Positions 22,041 to 32,849 of a stretch of 64,000 bases of DNA are shown piece after piece. Position 1 is the stretch's first letter. The number at the start of each line of letters is the position of its first letter. Where the stretch lies: the NCBI GenBank assembly GCA_029260115.1, contig JAJDDW010000014.1:10069-74068 (forward strand), given 5' to 3'. The stretch is from Phycisphaerae bacterium. Lineage in GTDB: Bacteria; Planctomycetota; Phycisphaerae; UBA1845. The notes under the pieces are model-generated. The model saw nothing but the letters and a program-made list of their open reading frames with translations. It was not told the DNA's origin and did no database searches. The translations under genes and the position numbers were made by a program.

Positions 22041-22571
22041 CTAGTTGCTAGCAGAGGCACCCAACGGGTTCCCACCAGCAGCGGCTCCGCCTGCTGCTGA
22101 TTCTGGCTGTGTACCGCGTGTCATGGCGTCAATAGCATCACTGGCTGGCATACCACGACCGCCGGAGATCATCGTTTTAATTTCAACATGATCCATCGTG
22201 CATCCCGCGAGCGCGAGATATTCTCTGGCGTGCCCCATGCGCTTTTCTACAAGTTTCGCATTTTTCTCTTGCGTCTCGTAGCGGACCACTCCACCGTAAG
22301 TATTTAATAGAGGAACCAGTCGGTCTAAACGAGCTACGCCAGTACCACTCAACTCAGCCGTGTGCGGCACGAAATGCAAATCCGCGATGGTCATGTCGTA
22401 GAGAATCGCGTTATCCACCATGTCCGTCATATGCTCAAACCTATGCTGCTTGGCATAATCCATCTTGTTAGTCATCCGCTGTGTGGAAGTCACAACAGGT
22501 TGCTGACAACCAGACACCACCACCAGCCCACAAAGCATCACCAAATTTTTTGTCCATCTGTGCATCATCAT
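22041..22571 (-). CDS. Hypothetical lipoprotein (possible distant OmpA-C-like fold)
   Basis: 176 aa. Signal peptide plus lipobox VVVSGC. Any OmpA-like resemblance is weak. Confidence 0.5.
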   Translation of the reverse strand: MMMHRWTKNLVMLCGLVVVSGCQQPVVTSTQRMTNKMDYAKQHRFEHMTDMVDNAILYDMTIADLHFVPHTAELSGTGVARLDRLVPLLNTYGGVVRYETQEKNAKLVEKRMGHAREYLALAGCTMDHVEIKTMISGGRGMPASDAIDAMTRGTQPESAAGGAAAGGNPLGASASN

Positions 22572-22993
22572 CTCCTTGCGAGGCAGTACTCAACGCCACT
22601 TCGTACAACACTTGCTTGACCTATCGATTCCCTTGCGTCGCTATTCAACACCCTTCTATCGTGTATAAACCTCATATCGCTTCGGCCTTTATAGTTGTGA
22701 TTTTCTTTCGAAGCCCTTAATCGACACGACCTATTTCCCCCTGAAAACTCAGGCTAAAACGCACGTCTCCAAACCAGGCGCACACACCCGCATCGGCCAT
22801 CTTAGTGCTGCTATCGCCTCCCCCAAGAATTGGCAGATCACTTCACAGTGCAGCTAATGCCTTTTCACTTACGAGCCGTCATCCGCAAAATCGCTCCAGA
22901 ATTGGATTCACGCTTTAATCGCTGTCGCCGAAAACGTGGTTATCAACATTGATTTAGCCGCAGCGCTTTTTCGAAGAGTTTGAAGAACTTTTT

Positions 22994-24157
22994 TTGCGAA
23001 AAATGATTTGGATGAAAAAATTTCACCTTAATCGTCCAAACAGCTATAATTTGGTCATGATGAAAATATCAAAATCTCGATTGAACCAAGCCCGTGAGTT
23101 GCATCGCCGCGCCATTGTCATTGACACCCACGTTGATACGACTCAGCGCTTAACGGACGAAAGCTGGAAATTCACAGAACGACATGACGGCGGGCACGTA
23201 GACATACCTCGCATGAAGGATGGCCTTATTGATGCGATGTTCTTCGCGGTTTACGCCGCAGGCCCGGTGGTTAAGGGAGAAGGCATTCGGGCTGCCCGCG
23301 CACAAATCAAACGCATCCAGACCATGGCTTCGCAATATCCCGATGATGTTGTCGTTGCGTTGACTGCTGAAGAGGTGCGGCAAGCTAAGGCTGATGGCAA
23401 AGTAGCTGTGATATTGGCTATCGAAGGCGGCTATCTGATCGAGGATTCGCTCGACATACTCAACGAATATCGAGCCGCTGGCGCAGCTTATATGACACTA
23501 ACACATTCATTTCACACAACCTGGGCAGACTCGGCTGGGGTGCATGAGGATTTGGACCCGCTGCACAATGGTTTGACGACGTTTGGCCGAGAGGTTGTCA
23601 CCCAGATGAATCGCATCGGGATGATGGTCGATATTTCGCATGTCAGTGACAAGACTTTCTGGGATGTTCTGGACGTCACCACCGCACCACCCATAGCGAC
23701 GCACTCATCCTGCCGAGCGATTTCCCCGCACCGTCGAAACCTGACAGATGAGATGATGAAGGCTATCGCAGCACGAGACGGCGTCGTGCAGATTAACTTC
23801 GCGGCGGGCTTTATCGATCCGAACTACCCCTCAATCGACCCCGCAATGGTCAAAGCTTTTTTCCAGCAAGGATGCCCACCCAACGTTCATTTTACCGATT
23901 ATGTCACTCCGCTTAGCATATTAGTCGATCACTTTGACCATGCCTTGAAGCTTATTGGGGCCGATCACGTAGGTATCGGCACGGATTTCGACGGAATTCC
24001 AGCTTTGCCGGATGATATGCACGACTGCAGCTACTTGCCCAACTTAACAGCATTATTGCTAGACCGAGGCTATAGCGAGGAAGACCTTATCAAAGTACTT
24101 GGTCAAAACGCCCTGCGTGTCATGGACGCTTGTCAGGCCGCAACCATTATCCATTAA
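22994..24157 (+). CDS. Membrane dipeptidase, peptidase family M19
   Basis: VIDTHVDT, MFFAVY and DHVGIGTDFDGI are metal-binding signatures of renal-dipeptidase-like enzymes. The start may be an internal Met (MKISKS… at about 23060). Confidence 0.82.
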   Translation: MRKMIWMKKFHLNRPNSYNLVMMKISKSRLNQARELHRRAIVIDTHVDTTQRLTDESWKFTERHDGGHVDIPRMKDGLIDAMFFAVYAAGPVVKGEGIRAARAQIKRIQTMASQYPDDVVVALTAEEVRQAKADGKVAVILAIEGGYLIEDSLDILNEYRAAGAAYMTLTHSFHTTWADSAGVHEDLDPLHNGLTTFGREVVTQMNRIGMMVDISHVSDKTFWDVLDVTTAPPIATHSSCRAISPHRRNLTDEMMKAIAARDGVVQINFAAGFIDPNYPSIDPAMVKAFFQQGCPPNVHFTDYVTPLSILVDHFDHALKLIGADHVGIGTDFDGIPALPDDMHDCSYLPNLTALLLDRGYSEEDLIKVLGQNALRVMDACQAATIIH

Positions 24158-24161
24158 TAGC

Positions 24162-25820
24162 ATGACATCCAATCCGGTGAGTCAATATCGAAAGCGCTCC
24201 ATCGCGATAATCGTCGGCGTCGGTTTGGCGATGTATGTGCCGGGAATTAACTGGGGCTTACCTGGCACAGTGTCTTGGAGTCAGGATTCTATCGGGGCGA
24301 TGCGAACCATCGGAGCCGTCGCTGGCTGGCCTGATAATTGGCAGGGTCGCTATCCACCAGCGCAATACCTATTGATCAATTTCGCATATCAGCCCATCCT
24401 CAAATATTGGGAAGCCAATGGCCAATCTCAGCGACATCCCACGACACACATGCCCATATTCAAACCGCCTCATGCACAAAAAATTGGCGCGCTGCTGCTC
24501 ATTGCGCGATGCCTATCCGTCATCATGGCTATAGGTACAGGGCTAGGCTTATGGTGCGCATCTCTAGCGCTGGGTCTCGATTGGCTGAGCAGCTTGATAG
24601 CTGCACTCACTATGATGATTGGGGCGTGCTTTACTTATTTTGCGCATCTGGGCAACGTAGACGTTCCATCAATATTTTGGCTGTCGTGGAGCCTTTATTT
24701 CTACGCCCGGCTGTTACGCGCGCCTCATGGAAAAAATGCTGCGATGCTTGGTCTATGCGCAGCCCTAGCGGCGGCGACGAAAGATAGCGCGGCGGGCATG
24801 TTCGCGGGCATGGCTGTGGTGTTGGTGATATCTCGATATCAAAAACTTAGAGAACACGACGGACCAGCCACGGCCTTACGCCGTGCGCTACTGCACTGGC
24901 ATTGGTTAATCGGGTTAACGATGTGTCTTACCGTGTACGCGCTAATCACCGACCTCGCTTGGAATACCGAGGCGTACATGAATCGCATGCGGTATTGGCT
25001 AGCGCCTTCAGAAAATACGCTGCACGCCAAACAATTTCGCTACGATTCACAAATAAAATTATTTTTTGCAGCACTGCGCTACGCAGCCTCAGCCGTCGGC
25101 TGGCCTATGCTTATCGCTATGGGCATTTCAATTTGTTACGTCGTTTGCAAAAGAACAAAACTCGCCCTGACCTTGCTGACTCCAGCCATCGGCTATTATA
25201 TAATCGTAATCTTACCCATTAACTTCGTGTACGCGCGATTCCTGCTTCCACCGCTATTAATCGCTTCTATATGCCTGGGTATTCCCATCACTAAACTACT
25301 TAATAATACCAACTTAGCGTTTTCTATCCGTGCTACAGTCTTGGCTGTTATCTTTTTACCGACGTTAGGATATTCAATAGCTGTAGACGCCGAAATGATT
25401 ACCGATTCACGTTACAAGGCTGAGCAATGGTTCGAACTGCATGTAAGTACTACTTCAAGTGTCGGTGCTTTTTCAATGGACGATACATTGAAACTTCGGT
25501 CTCAATATCTTCCGCGACTTCACGAACTTGGCTATGCGACTTACCCCGTGGTCATGCTGCCAGAATCTTTTGTGCAGGCACAGCCTAGCTATCTTGTACT
25601 CACTGAATACAATTATGAAGATTTTGAGAAGCAGCAGCGTTCGTGCATGCGCAGCCTGCTTCTCGGGGATTTTGGTTACGATATTGTCGAGCAGTTTGAA
25701 CGACACTATCTTGGCGACAGATCGTCCTGGCTAAGTCTTGCTAGCCGGGGCACGCCTCTGCTTGGAAAGATCAGCCCTACACTGATCGTTCTCCAACATC
25801 GCGATCGACCTCCCCATTAG
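24162..25820 (+). CDS. Polytopic membrane protein, GT-C-like (PMT/ArnT-type glycosyltransferase fold) candidate
   Basis: About 550 aa with at least 10 hydrophobic helices. The Met at 24162 (MTSNPVSQYRKRSIAIIVGVGL) removes the overlap with the dipeptidase gene. The family assignment is tentative. Confidence 0.5.
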   Translation: MTSNPVSQYRKRSIAIIVGVGLAMYVPGINWGLPGTVSWSQDSIGAMRTIGAVAGWPDNWQGRYPPAQYLLINFAYQPILKYWEANGQSQRHPTTHMPIFKPPHAQKIGALLLIARCLSVIMAIGTGLGLWCASLALGLDWLSSLIAALTMMIGACFTYFAHLGNVDVPSIFWLSWSLYFYARLLRAPHGKNAAMLGLCAALAAATKDSAAGMFAGMAVVLVISRYQKLREHDGPATALRRALLHWHWLIGLTMCLTVYALITDLAWNTEAYMNRMRYWLAPSENTLHAKQFRYDSQIKLFFAALRYAASAVGWPMLIAMGISICYVVCKRTKLALTLLTPAIGYYIIVILPINFVYARFLLPPLLIASICLGIPITKLLNNTNLAFSIRATVLAVIFLPTLGYSIAVDAEMITDSRYKAEQWFELHVSTTSSVGAFSMDDTLKLRSQYLPRLHELGYATYPVVMLPESFVQAQPSYLVLTEYNYEDFEKQQRSCMRSLLLGDFGYDIVEQFERHYLGDRSSWLSLASRGTPLLGKISPTLIVLQHRDRPPH

Positions 25821-25839
25821 TTCTAACAGATAGGACGAC

Positions 25840-26436
25840 ATGAAAGCTGAATACACCTACACAGGGCAGCTGGTCCTCGCCTCCGCCAGCCCGCGCCGCG
25901 CAGCTTTATTACACGAGCATGGCTATGATTTCACTGTTGAAGCCGCGACTATCGACGAGCCGACTTCCATTCCCGGCATCGATAGCCCTGACCTGTTCGC
26001 TATGGAACTGAGCCGTCTGAAGGCGCACGACGTTGCGCAGCACCACGAATCCGCGATCATCCTGGCTGCGGATACACTTGCTTGCCAAGGCACGAAAATA
26101 TTTGGAAAACCTACCGACCGCGATGACGCGCGACGTATTTTGAAATCGATCATGGGTACAACGCATCATGTTATCACGGGAATGACGTTACTAAACACAG
26201 CTACCATGTCGGAAATAGTGGCGTGCGATACCACGAGCGTGACCATGCGCGAACTAAGCGACGAGGAGATGGAAACCTATCTCGACAGCGACGCATGGGA
26301 AGGTAAAGCGGGTGCATACGGCATCCAAGACCACGGCGACAAATTCGTCACTGAAATACAAGGAAGCTATTCCAACGTCGTCGGCCTGCCTTTGGAATTA
26401 TTAGCCGAGATGCTTTCCAATCACGTAGCTAGCTAG
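25840..26436 (+). CDS. maf: Maf-like nucleoside triphosphate pyrophosphatase
   Basis: LVLASASPRRAALL…, full-length Maf match (198 aa). Confidence 0.85.
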   Translation: MKAEYTYTGQLVLASASPRRAALLHEHGYDFTVEAATIDEPTSIPGIDSPDLFAMELSRLKAHDVAQHHESAIILAADTLACQGTKIFGKPTDRDDARRILKSIMGTTHHVITGMTLLNTATMSEIVACDTTSVTMRELSDEEMETYLDSDAWEGKAGAYGIQDHGDKFVTEIQGSYSNVVGLPLELLAEMLSNHVAS

Positions 26437-26522
26437 TCACGACAAATTAAGTGTCGTTACGACGACACAATTCACGAACCGGCAGGTGCGTATCGCGATG
26501 TTAAAAGCATAGCATGGCAACG

Positions 26523-28640
26523 CTACTCTTCTCGGGTAGCTTCAAATACGCCGTTAGGCTGATTGAACCACGCGGTCATCTTACCGCCTTCACCTTTGGC
26601 GAAGCGCACACTAAAGCCTGAAACTTCCTTAAGATTGAACTCGTCAGTCCCGGACGGTACCAAGGTATACAGAGGCTGGCCTGAAAGACTAGCTGTCAGC
26701 ACACTACCCTGAAGCGCGAACGTCACCTTCTGCGTGGATAACGCATAGACGCCCAGGAATTGCTTCAGATAGGCCGGGTCGGACATGCGTGGGTCGGCTT
26801 GCTTTTCAAAAATGATGGGATCAAGCGTCAACTCGAACGGAACCAGAAGCTCCGCGATGTCACCCTTCATGTTCGAGCGAAACTGAATGCGCATATCTTC
26901 AAACGCCGGATCATCTTTATTTTCTAAACCGTTAAACACGTCAAAATGCCAACGCTCGAACAGGGCCGTCATATCGTTATAGGTAAAGGATAGCTGATTG
27001 CCGTTGATCTCGACTTTGGCTTCGCCATATCCTGGATGCATATATGTTCCCGCATACGCTTCGAGTGGATGCGAAAGTGAGGTATCTGCATGACGGAACA
27101 TATCTGTGTTTTTCTCGGCATCTTTTTCGTACTTTTTCCCAGTAACCCATTTTTCGTGCGCTTCACCGTGCCAATCGATTTCCTCTAGTCCTAGGATTCG
27201 ATCGATGGCGTGTCGTCTCATCAAGGTGGGCAGCCCAGTTTGGCTGTTGGTGAATGCGACGATACCTATGCCATCGTCAGGATACAAAGCCACGGCTGAA
27301 ATGAAACCGTCGATCGCGCCGCCATGCTCGACGACGCAATGCCCTCTGTAATCGCGAACCATCCAACCCATGGCATAACTCGGCGACGAAAGCTCCGGAC
27401 GCGTAGACGGACGCCCCATGACCACTTGCGGATTGTGCAGCTCCGCCAACGACTGCTTGTTAAGAATTTTCTTACTCGAAAACGTCCCATCACCAAGATG
27501 CAGTTGCACCCACTTGAGCATATCCTCCACATTGGAGTTAATCGAACCGGCAGGACCGACGTTGTCTATATTTCGAAATGGAATCCGCGTGACCTCATCA
27601 TCCTTATCGCGGTAAGGATAGGCAAAATCATCCGACTTTTTAGAATCTTCAACCGAAAAATTACTGTATCGCATGTCGAGTGGCTGAAAAATTCGCTTCC
27701 GCACGGCCTGCTCCCATGTACCATCTGTAAGCTGCCCAGCAAGATAGCCCGCGGTCAGAAACATCATATTGTTATATTGAAACTTCTCTCGTAGTTCCTC
27801 TGTTGGTTCATAATATCGCAAACGCTTAACCAATTCCCCGCGCGACCACGTCTTGTTGTTGTACCAAGCCATGTCGTGTCGAGGCAGACCTGAGCGATGC
27901 GTTACTAAATCTCGCGGGGTAATGTGTGTTGTGGCATAGTCATCGTAAAGTTTGAAATTTGGTAAATAATCAATAAGCGGCGTATCCCAATCGAGCTTCC
28001 CCTCGTCGACGAGCGTCGCTAATGTCAACGATGTAAACGCTTTCGTTGATGATCCAATAGCAAATAGGGTCTTGGACGTAACAGGTTTTTTCGCTTCCAA
28101 ATCTCTATATCCAAAGCCTTTAGCCAAGACGATTTGATCGTCAATCACAATGCCCATCGCTAATCCCGGCGCGTGCCAAGCCTCGCGGGCCTGCTCGACA
28201 AACTCATCGAAATCCTTTAGCGCCTCGATAGCGGCGGCTACGCGATCTTCGCCTCGGCTCATCTCAAAGAGAAGCTTCGCGCCTCCTTGGGTAAAGTCTC
28301 CCGCTATTTTTTCACCGCGCTTGTCTAGCGTTCCTGAAAACGTCGGCTCGCCAGGTACGCCAGTCATTACGAATGAGACCTTATCCCCCTCAACTTTTAC
28401 ATCAGAGAGGGCTATGTCTTTGGCACCTTGCATGGGGATGCTGATGTCACCTGCCCAGCCATCGGTAATCTTTTTGAAGTCAATATCAAACTTCAGCGGC
28501 GTTGCTGGTGTAGCAATATGCCCCGTCCATTTCCCCGACACTTCGGCGTCTTCACCCGCGATGACAGGAGCCGTGATGCTTGCGCATAAGACCAACAAGC
28601 TCACGAATGAACGATACGACGAACGATGACTATGATTCAT
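26523..28640 (-). CDS. Secreted serine hydrolase of the beta-lactamase/PBP4 family with extra N- and C-terminal domains
   Basis: 705 aa. Signal peptide. S-x-x-K motif FAIGSSTKAFTS in a central domain of about 350 aa. An N-terminal beta-rich domain of about 130 aa and a C-terminal domain of about 200 aa flank it. Confidence 0.8.
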   Translation of the reverse strand: MNHSHRSSYRSFVSLLVLCASITAPVIAGEDAEVSGKWTGHIATPATPLKFDIDFKKITDGWAGDISIPMQGAKDIALSDVKVEGDKVSFVMTGVPGEPTFSGTLDKRGEKIAGDFTQGGAKLLFEMSRGEDRVAAAIEALKDFDEFVEQAREAWHAPGLAMGIVIDDQIVLAKGFGYRDLEAKKPVTSKTLFAIGSSTKAFTSLTLATLVDEGKLDWDTPLIDYLPNFKLYDDYATTHITPRDLVTHRSGLPRHDMAWYNNKTWSRGELVKRLRYYEPTEELREKFQYNNMMFLTAGYLAGQLTDGTWEQAVRKRIFQPLDMRYSNFSVEDSKKSDDFAYPYRDKDDEVTRIPFRNIDNVGPAGSINSNVEDMLKWVQLHLGDGTFSSKKILNKQSLAELHNPQVVMGRPSTRPELSSPSYAMGWMVRDYRGHCVVEHGGAIDGFISAVALYPDDGIGIVAFTNSQTGLPTLMRRHAIDRILGLEEIDWHGEAHEKWVTGKKYEKDAEKNTDMFRHADTSLSHPLEAYAGTYMHPGYGEAKVEINGNQLSFTYNDMTALFERWHFDVFNGLENKDDPAFEDMRIQFRSNMKGDIAELLVPFELTLDPIIFEKQADPRMSDPAYLKQFLGVYALSTQKVTFALQGSVLTASLSGQPLYTLVPSGTDEFNLKEVSGFSVRFAKGEGGKMTAWFNQPNGVFEATREE

Positions 28641-28776
28641 AACTATTCCTTGACCATGTGGCGCAAAGCGTGCCGACGCGCGGCACGCTGATTTAGTAAT
28701 CTAATATTATCAACTAGGCTGTCTAATGTGACATATTTTTTACGTAAGAAGATGCAAACTTTTGTGTAATTTGTTG

Positions 28777-29139
28777 TTATCGCTTCTTCCTCTTCATCAT
28801 GCGTCGACAAACTTCGTCGATGACATCTGCTTGCCCGTTAAAGGCTTTCATGGCCGCGTCGTCGCCGTGCAAGCGTTTCATGAGGCTGCTGCCCGTACCA
28901 AACCGGAAGGCTTTCGCCTCCTCGGAATCTGGCCCATGCTTGGCAGCCATGGTGAGGTATAGCGTAACCATCTCTTTAATTTCTGGCGTATGATCAGCGG
29001 CATCTGCGTCATATTCATCTTCAAAAGCAGATTGAATGCGCTGTCGTCGACCCTTTTCTACAAAGCCAGAGCCGATAAGAATTGACAAGCAAAAAACTAA
29101 AAAGCCGCCTATCGCTATCAATCCATAAAGTTTAATCAT
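28777..29139 (-). CDS. Small membrane protein downstream of SPFH gene
   Basis: 120 aa. One N-terminal TM helix, then a charged region. It lies 27 nt after the SPFH gene on the same strand. Confidence 0.5.
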   Translation of the reverse strand: MIKLYGLIAIGGFLVFCLSILIGSGFVEKGRRQRIQSAFEDEYDADAADHTPEIKEMVTLYLTMAAKHGPDSEEAKAFRFGTGSSLMKRLHGDDAAMKAFNGQADVIDEVCRRMMKRKKR

Positions 29140-29165
29140 CTTTGTACCTCCGTTTCGCCCATCGA

Positions 29166-30287
29166 CTAATTCGATGCCCCTGATATGGCACCATTCGGCT
29201 TAACGATTCGCTCAATCGCGTCCATGACCCGATCCGTGAACACGTTGATAGTCATGCTTTCGGGGATGTAGCCTTGCACGCCTTTGTTCGCTTCGGCGAT
29301 GGCCTTAGCTATTTCGATACGAACAAAATTATCGGCACCTTCTACGGCGTATGCTTGAAGCCGAACCTTTTGCGCTTCCGCCTCAGCCTGCCCAATGGCA
29401 ATGATAGCCACCGCCCGTAATTCGCCAGATTCTTTTTCCGCTTCGGCCGCTAACACTTGCTTCTTCTTAGAAGCCTCGGCTGCGAGCACTTCCTGTTCGG
29501 CTTGCTTTTGGGCCTTGAGGATACCGACTTCCTTATCTCGCTGCGCCACGACCACCGCTCGCTTAAAATCCGCCTGTGCCTCGGCCTCGGCCCGATTGGC
29601 TTCTTCCAACGCCGCTAGCGTTTCTTGCACGGCACGCTTTTCTTTTTGGACGGCTACTTGCTTAGCCTTGATCTGTGCACTGTATTCTGGATCGAGCGTT
29701 ATTTTCTCGATGACAAAATTTTCCACGATTAGCCCCTGTCGTAGCACTTCTCCATTGGGGTCGGTCAATCGCTTTTCGATATCCAACTGCAAACTGACGA
29801 GTCCTTCACCAGAATAGGCATCAATAGCTGATCGAATCGTGGCTGCGTCTTTAACCTCACGCAACAATACCGGGCGAAGAATCTTCTCTTCGAAGTTGTT
29901 GCGAATGGTCTTGTGGATAAGGATGATCTTTTCCGGGTCTAGCCGCCAACGCACATTGAGCGAGATCGTCAAATCCTGCCCCTCCTTTGACTGAACGGTA
30001 TACCTGTCGTCGACTCGGCCTTCACCGAATTCAACCGATTCAGAGTTGTCATTCATCACGTACACCTGCGAAGACATGTCATACTTATAGAAAGTATGCA
30101 TAAAGCCAGGAAATAGAAAATAGGTCTTGGGCAACTCGGCTTCGGGCAATACGCCATCGGCCCACGTTTCGTGGACGGCTAACTCGTTACCAGCTACCTG
30201 TACCACTTCAAATAGAATGAAAAACAGCGCAATCATTATGACCGCGGCTACTGCTCCGATAGCCGCAAATATTCTCATCTTGTTCAT
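29166..30287 (-). CDS. SPFH/Band-7 (prohibitin/HflKC/flotillin-like) membrane protein
   Basis: 373 aa. An N-terminal TM helix, an SPFH core and a C-terminal Ala/Glu/Gln-rich coiled coil (AEAEAQADFKRAVVVAQRDKEV…). Confidence 0.85.
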   Translation of the reverse strand: MNKMRIFAAIGAVAAVIMIALFFILFEVVQVAGNELAVHETWADGVLPEAELPKTYFLFPGFMHTFYKYDMSSQVYVMNDNSESVEFGEGRVDDRYTVQSKEGQDLTISLNVRWRLDPEKIILIHKTIRNNFEEKILRPVLLREVKDAATIRSAIDAYSGEGLVSLQLDIEKRLTDPNGEVLRQGLIVENFVIEKITLDPEYSAQIKAKQVAVQKEKRAVQETLAALEEANRAEAEAQADFKRAVVVAQRDKEVGILKAQKQAEQEVLAAEASKKKQVLAAEAEKESGELRAVAIIAIGQAEAEAQKVRLQAYAVEGADNFVRIEIAKAIAEANKGVQGYIPESMTINVFTDRVMDAIERIVKPNGAISGASN

Positions 30288-30660
30288 ATCTCTACCTTTC
30301 TCATCATCCGCACATAGACGCCGTTGCCTTCGATAAGGCTAAGATGCACGTATTTTTCGAGATGCTCTCGTCTCTATATATTGTACTTCATTGGCGACGA
30401 CGCACCATTATTAAACCTCAGGCTGTTTCTAATCGCTTTGGGAAGGTAAAAAGTGATTGTTTATTGACAGGCCGGGACGTCCGGCCGCGGGGGGAATGTG
30501 ACGAATACAAGTAATTACGAATGGCTGATTCAAAATTTTCCCAAAGATTAGAATGGGCGCAGCGATGACCAAACGGTAAAATAAATACCGTGACGTAGCC
30601 CAATCAGCCAAGTCTAACAGGCCGCTAGTCACATTGTGTAAGGAGGTAATTGTGGAACGC

Positions 30661-31296
30661 ATGTATTGGCTAATAGCACAAGACGGGTCAGTCTCGGCTT
30701 TGACTACCATGTATTGGATTTGTTTAATCGTCGGCGGCGGCTTGCTAATCATTTCCGTCGTAGCGAGTGGTGAAACTGATGGCGATCTTGGCGGGGACAT
30801 CGACGCCGATGCGGACTTTGATATTGATGCTGACGTTGATTCGGGTCATGCCAGCGCCACAGACTTAGCCTCTTGGTTTTCGATACGCTTCGTCGTCTAT
30901 TTCGCAGCTATGTTTGGAGTCATTGGTGTTTCACTAACGCATCTAACATCTGTTGGTCAATCTTGGATTGTTGCATGGTCCATATTGGGAGGCGTAGCCG
31001 TTGGTCAAAGTGTTCATCAGTTGATGAAATCGCTAAACAAAAATTCTGGCGATAGCACGCCAAGCCATGAAGACTACGTCAACAAACTCGCCCGTGTTAC
31101 GATTGCTATCAACCCGCCTAAAAAAGGTGAAATCGCTTTGCAGGTAGGTCGATCGCAGCGAAGTGTCCCGGCCATGGCGAAGCAATCTGATATGAGTTTT
31201 AAGGTGGGAGATATGGTAGCTGTTGTTGATTATCGCAACGGCATCGGTGAAGTAATTTCCCAAGAAGAATACGAATTTTTAAACAACCACAGCTAA
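30661..31296 (+). CDS. NfeD-like membrane protein (OB-fold C-terminus), partner of flotillin
   Basis: TM helices and an acidic DADADFDID linker. A C-terminal beta-barrel-like segment (KGEIALQVGRSQRSVPAMAKQSDMSFKVGDMVAVVDYRNGIGEV) is typical of short NfeD/YuaF proteins. It sits immediately upstream of the flotillin gene. Confidence 0.7.
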   Translation: MYWLIAQDGSVSALTTMYWICLIVGGGLLIISVVASGETDGDLGGDIDADADFDIDADVDSGHASATDLASWFSIRFVVYFAAMFGVIGVSLTHLTSVGQSWIVAWSILGGVAVGQSVHQLMKSLNKNSGDSTPSHEDYVNKLARVTIAINPPKKGEIALQVGRSQRSVPAMAKQSDMSFKVGDMVAVVDYRNGIGEVISQEEYEFLNNHS

Positions 31297-31325
31297 AAAA
31301 AAATTAACATCCAAGGAGGAATTTC

Positions 31326-32675
31326 ATGAACTCAGCTATTTTAAGTCAAGCGAACGGTCTCGGTGCGGCGTTTATGATCGGCATCGCCTTACTTTTCGTC
31401 ATCTTGGCTGTCGTCGTTTTAGTCGCCAAGCTGATGGTCGTCGGCAATCCGAGCGAGATGCTTATCATCAGCGGTAAACGACAGAAGGACGGACTGGGTT
31501 ATCGCACGCTTATCGGTGGCCGAACGATGGTTGTGCCGATTATCGAAAAGGTGTCACGACTGAGCCTGCGCAATATGCAGGTCGGCCTGGAAGTTAGTGC
31601 CCAAGCGGGTGGGGGCACGATGGTGCCGATCACCGTGACCGGCGTTGCCAACGTGAAAGTCTCTTCTGATCCTGCGGAAAGGCCCAATGCGATAGAGCGA
31701 TTTCTCGATCAGCCTTCTGAGGAGTTGCAGCGGGTGTCCAGAGAAACGCTAGAAGGTGGCCTGCGGGCGGTTATTGGAAAAATGACGCCCGAAGAAATCG
31801 TTGAAGACCGAGACAAATTCGTTGAAACCATTTTGAACGAAGTTTCTGACGATTTTAGAAAATTAGGATTAATCATAGACAGCGTGAACATTCAAAACGT
31901 ACACGACGATCGCGAATACCTTGAATCTATCGCCAGAAAAGCCAGCGCCGAAGTGCTGTCACAGGCTCGTCGAACCGAAGCCCAGCAGCAATCGGAAGCG
32001 GCAATCAAAGAGGCCGAAGCCTCTGCGGCATCACGTCGAGCAGCTGCGGAACGAGATGCAGAAGCTAAAACGGCCGAGGCGCTTTCCAGACAAAGCGCTG
32101 AGCAAGCAAGGCTCTCTGCGGACAAAGCCATCGCCGAGTCGGAAAACGAGTTGCGCATCCGCGTATCTGAATTAGCCCGAGAAGCAGAGCTTATAGAAGC
32201 TCAACAGCAAGAAGCGGCTGCGAAGTCGGAAGAGGCTAGGCTTCATGCTACCGATGTCCAAGCGGCCAACGCCCAGCGAGACGTTGCGTTAGCCAGGGCC
32301 CAGGGCGAGGCTGCGGATGTGCTTGAAGAAGGTAAAGCCCGGGCGGCAGCTATCGAGTGTATTGGCCAATCGATCCACAAATATCCAGACGCGCTACAAG
32401 TAATGTTAGTAGAAGCGCTGCCTCTCGTCGTGGCTGAGGTCTCTAAAAGCGTGAGTAATATTTCTCTCGGCGAAGTTACGGTCATTGACGGCGGTCGCGG
32501 CGACGCCATAGCTGGGGCGGCTATGGGTCGAGCGAAAACGTTAACCGAATCTTTGGCGGTCGTAGAGTCTATTCTAGGAATCGACTTTAAAGACCTCACT
32601 AAAAATATCGCGGATAATATGAGCAATCGAAACAATCCCAGCGAATCGCCAAAGCTAGATGATACAAGCGCTTAA
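31326..32675 (+). CDS. Flotillin-like SPFH protein (FloT/YuaG type)
   Basis: 449 aa. An N-terminal TM helix and SPFH domain are followed by the Ala/Glu-rich flotillin coiled coil (EAEASAASRRAAAERDAEAKTAEA…). Confidence 0.85.
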   Translation: MNSAILSQANGLGAAFMIGIALLFVILAVVVLVAKLMVVGNPSEMLIISGKRQKDGLGYRTLIGGRTMVVPIIEKVSRLSLRNMQVGLEVSAQAGGGTMVPITVTGVANVKVSSDPAERPNAIERFLDQPSEELQRVSRETLEGGLRAVIGKMTPEEIVEDRDKFVETILNEVSDDFRKLGLIIDSVNIQNVHDDREYLESIARKASAEVLSQARRTEAQQQSEAAIKEAEASAASRRAAAERDAEAKTAEALSRQSAEQARLSADKAIAESENELRIRVSELAREAELIEAQQQEAAAKSEEARLHATDVQAANAQRDVALARAQGEAADVLEEGKARAAAIECIGQSIHKYPDALQVMLVEALPLVVAEVSKSVSNISLGEVTVIDGGRGDAIAGAAMGRAKTLTESLAVVESILGIDFKDLTKNIADNMSNRNNPSESPKLDDTSA

Positions 32676-32849
32676 AGCCCATACAAGTAAATTGGCTATA
32701 AGTGAGACAGCCTTGCAATTACAATGATGAAGGCAGCGGGTACTTGCCACAATTTAGCACGTCCCGCTACTCGTCGTTGGCAATTAAGCCCTTATATGAT
32801 ACTATTACTTTCTAGATTCGTGTAATGGAGTGTTCCCAAGCAGGTTCTC

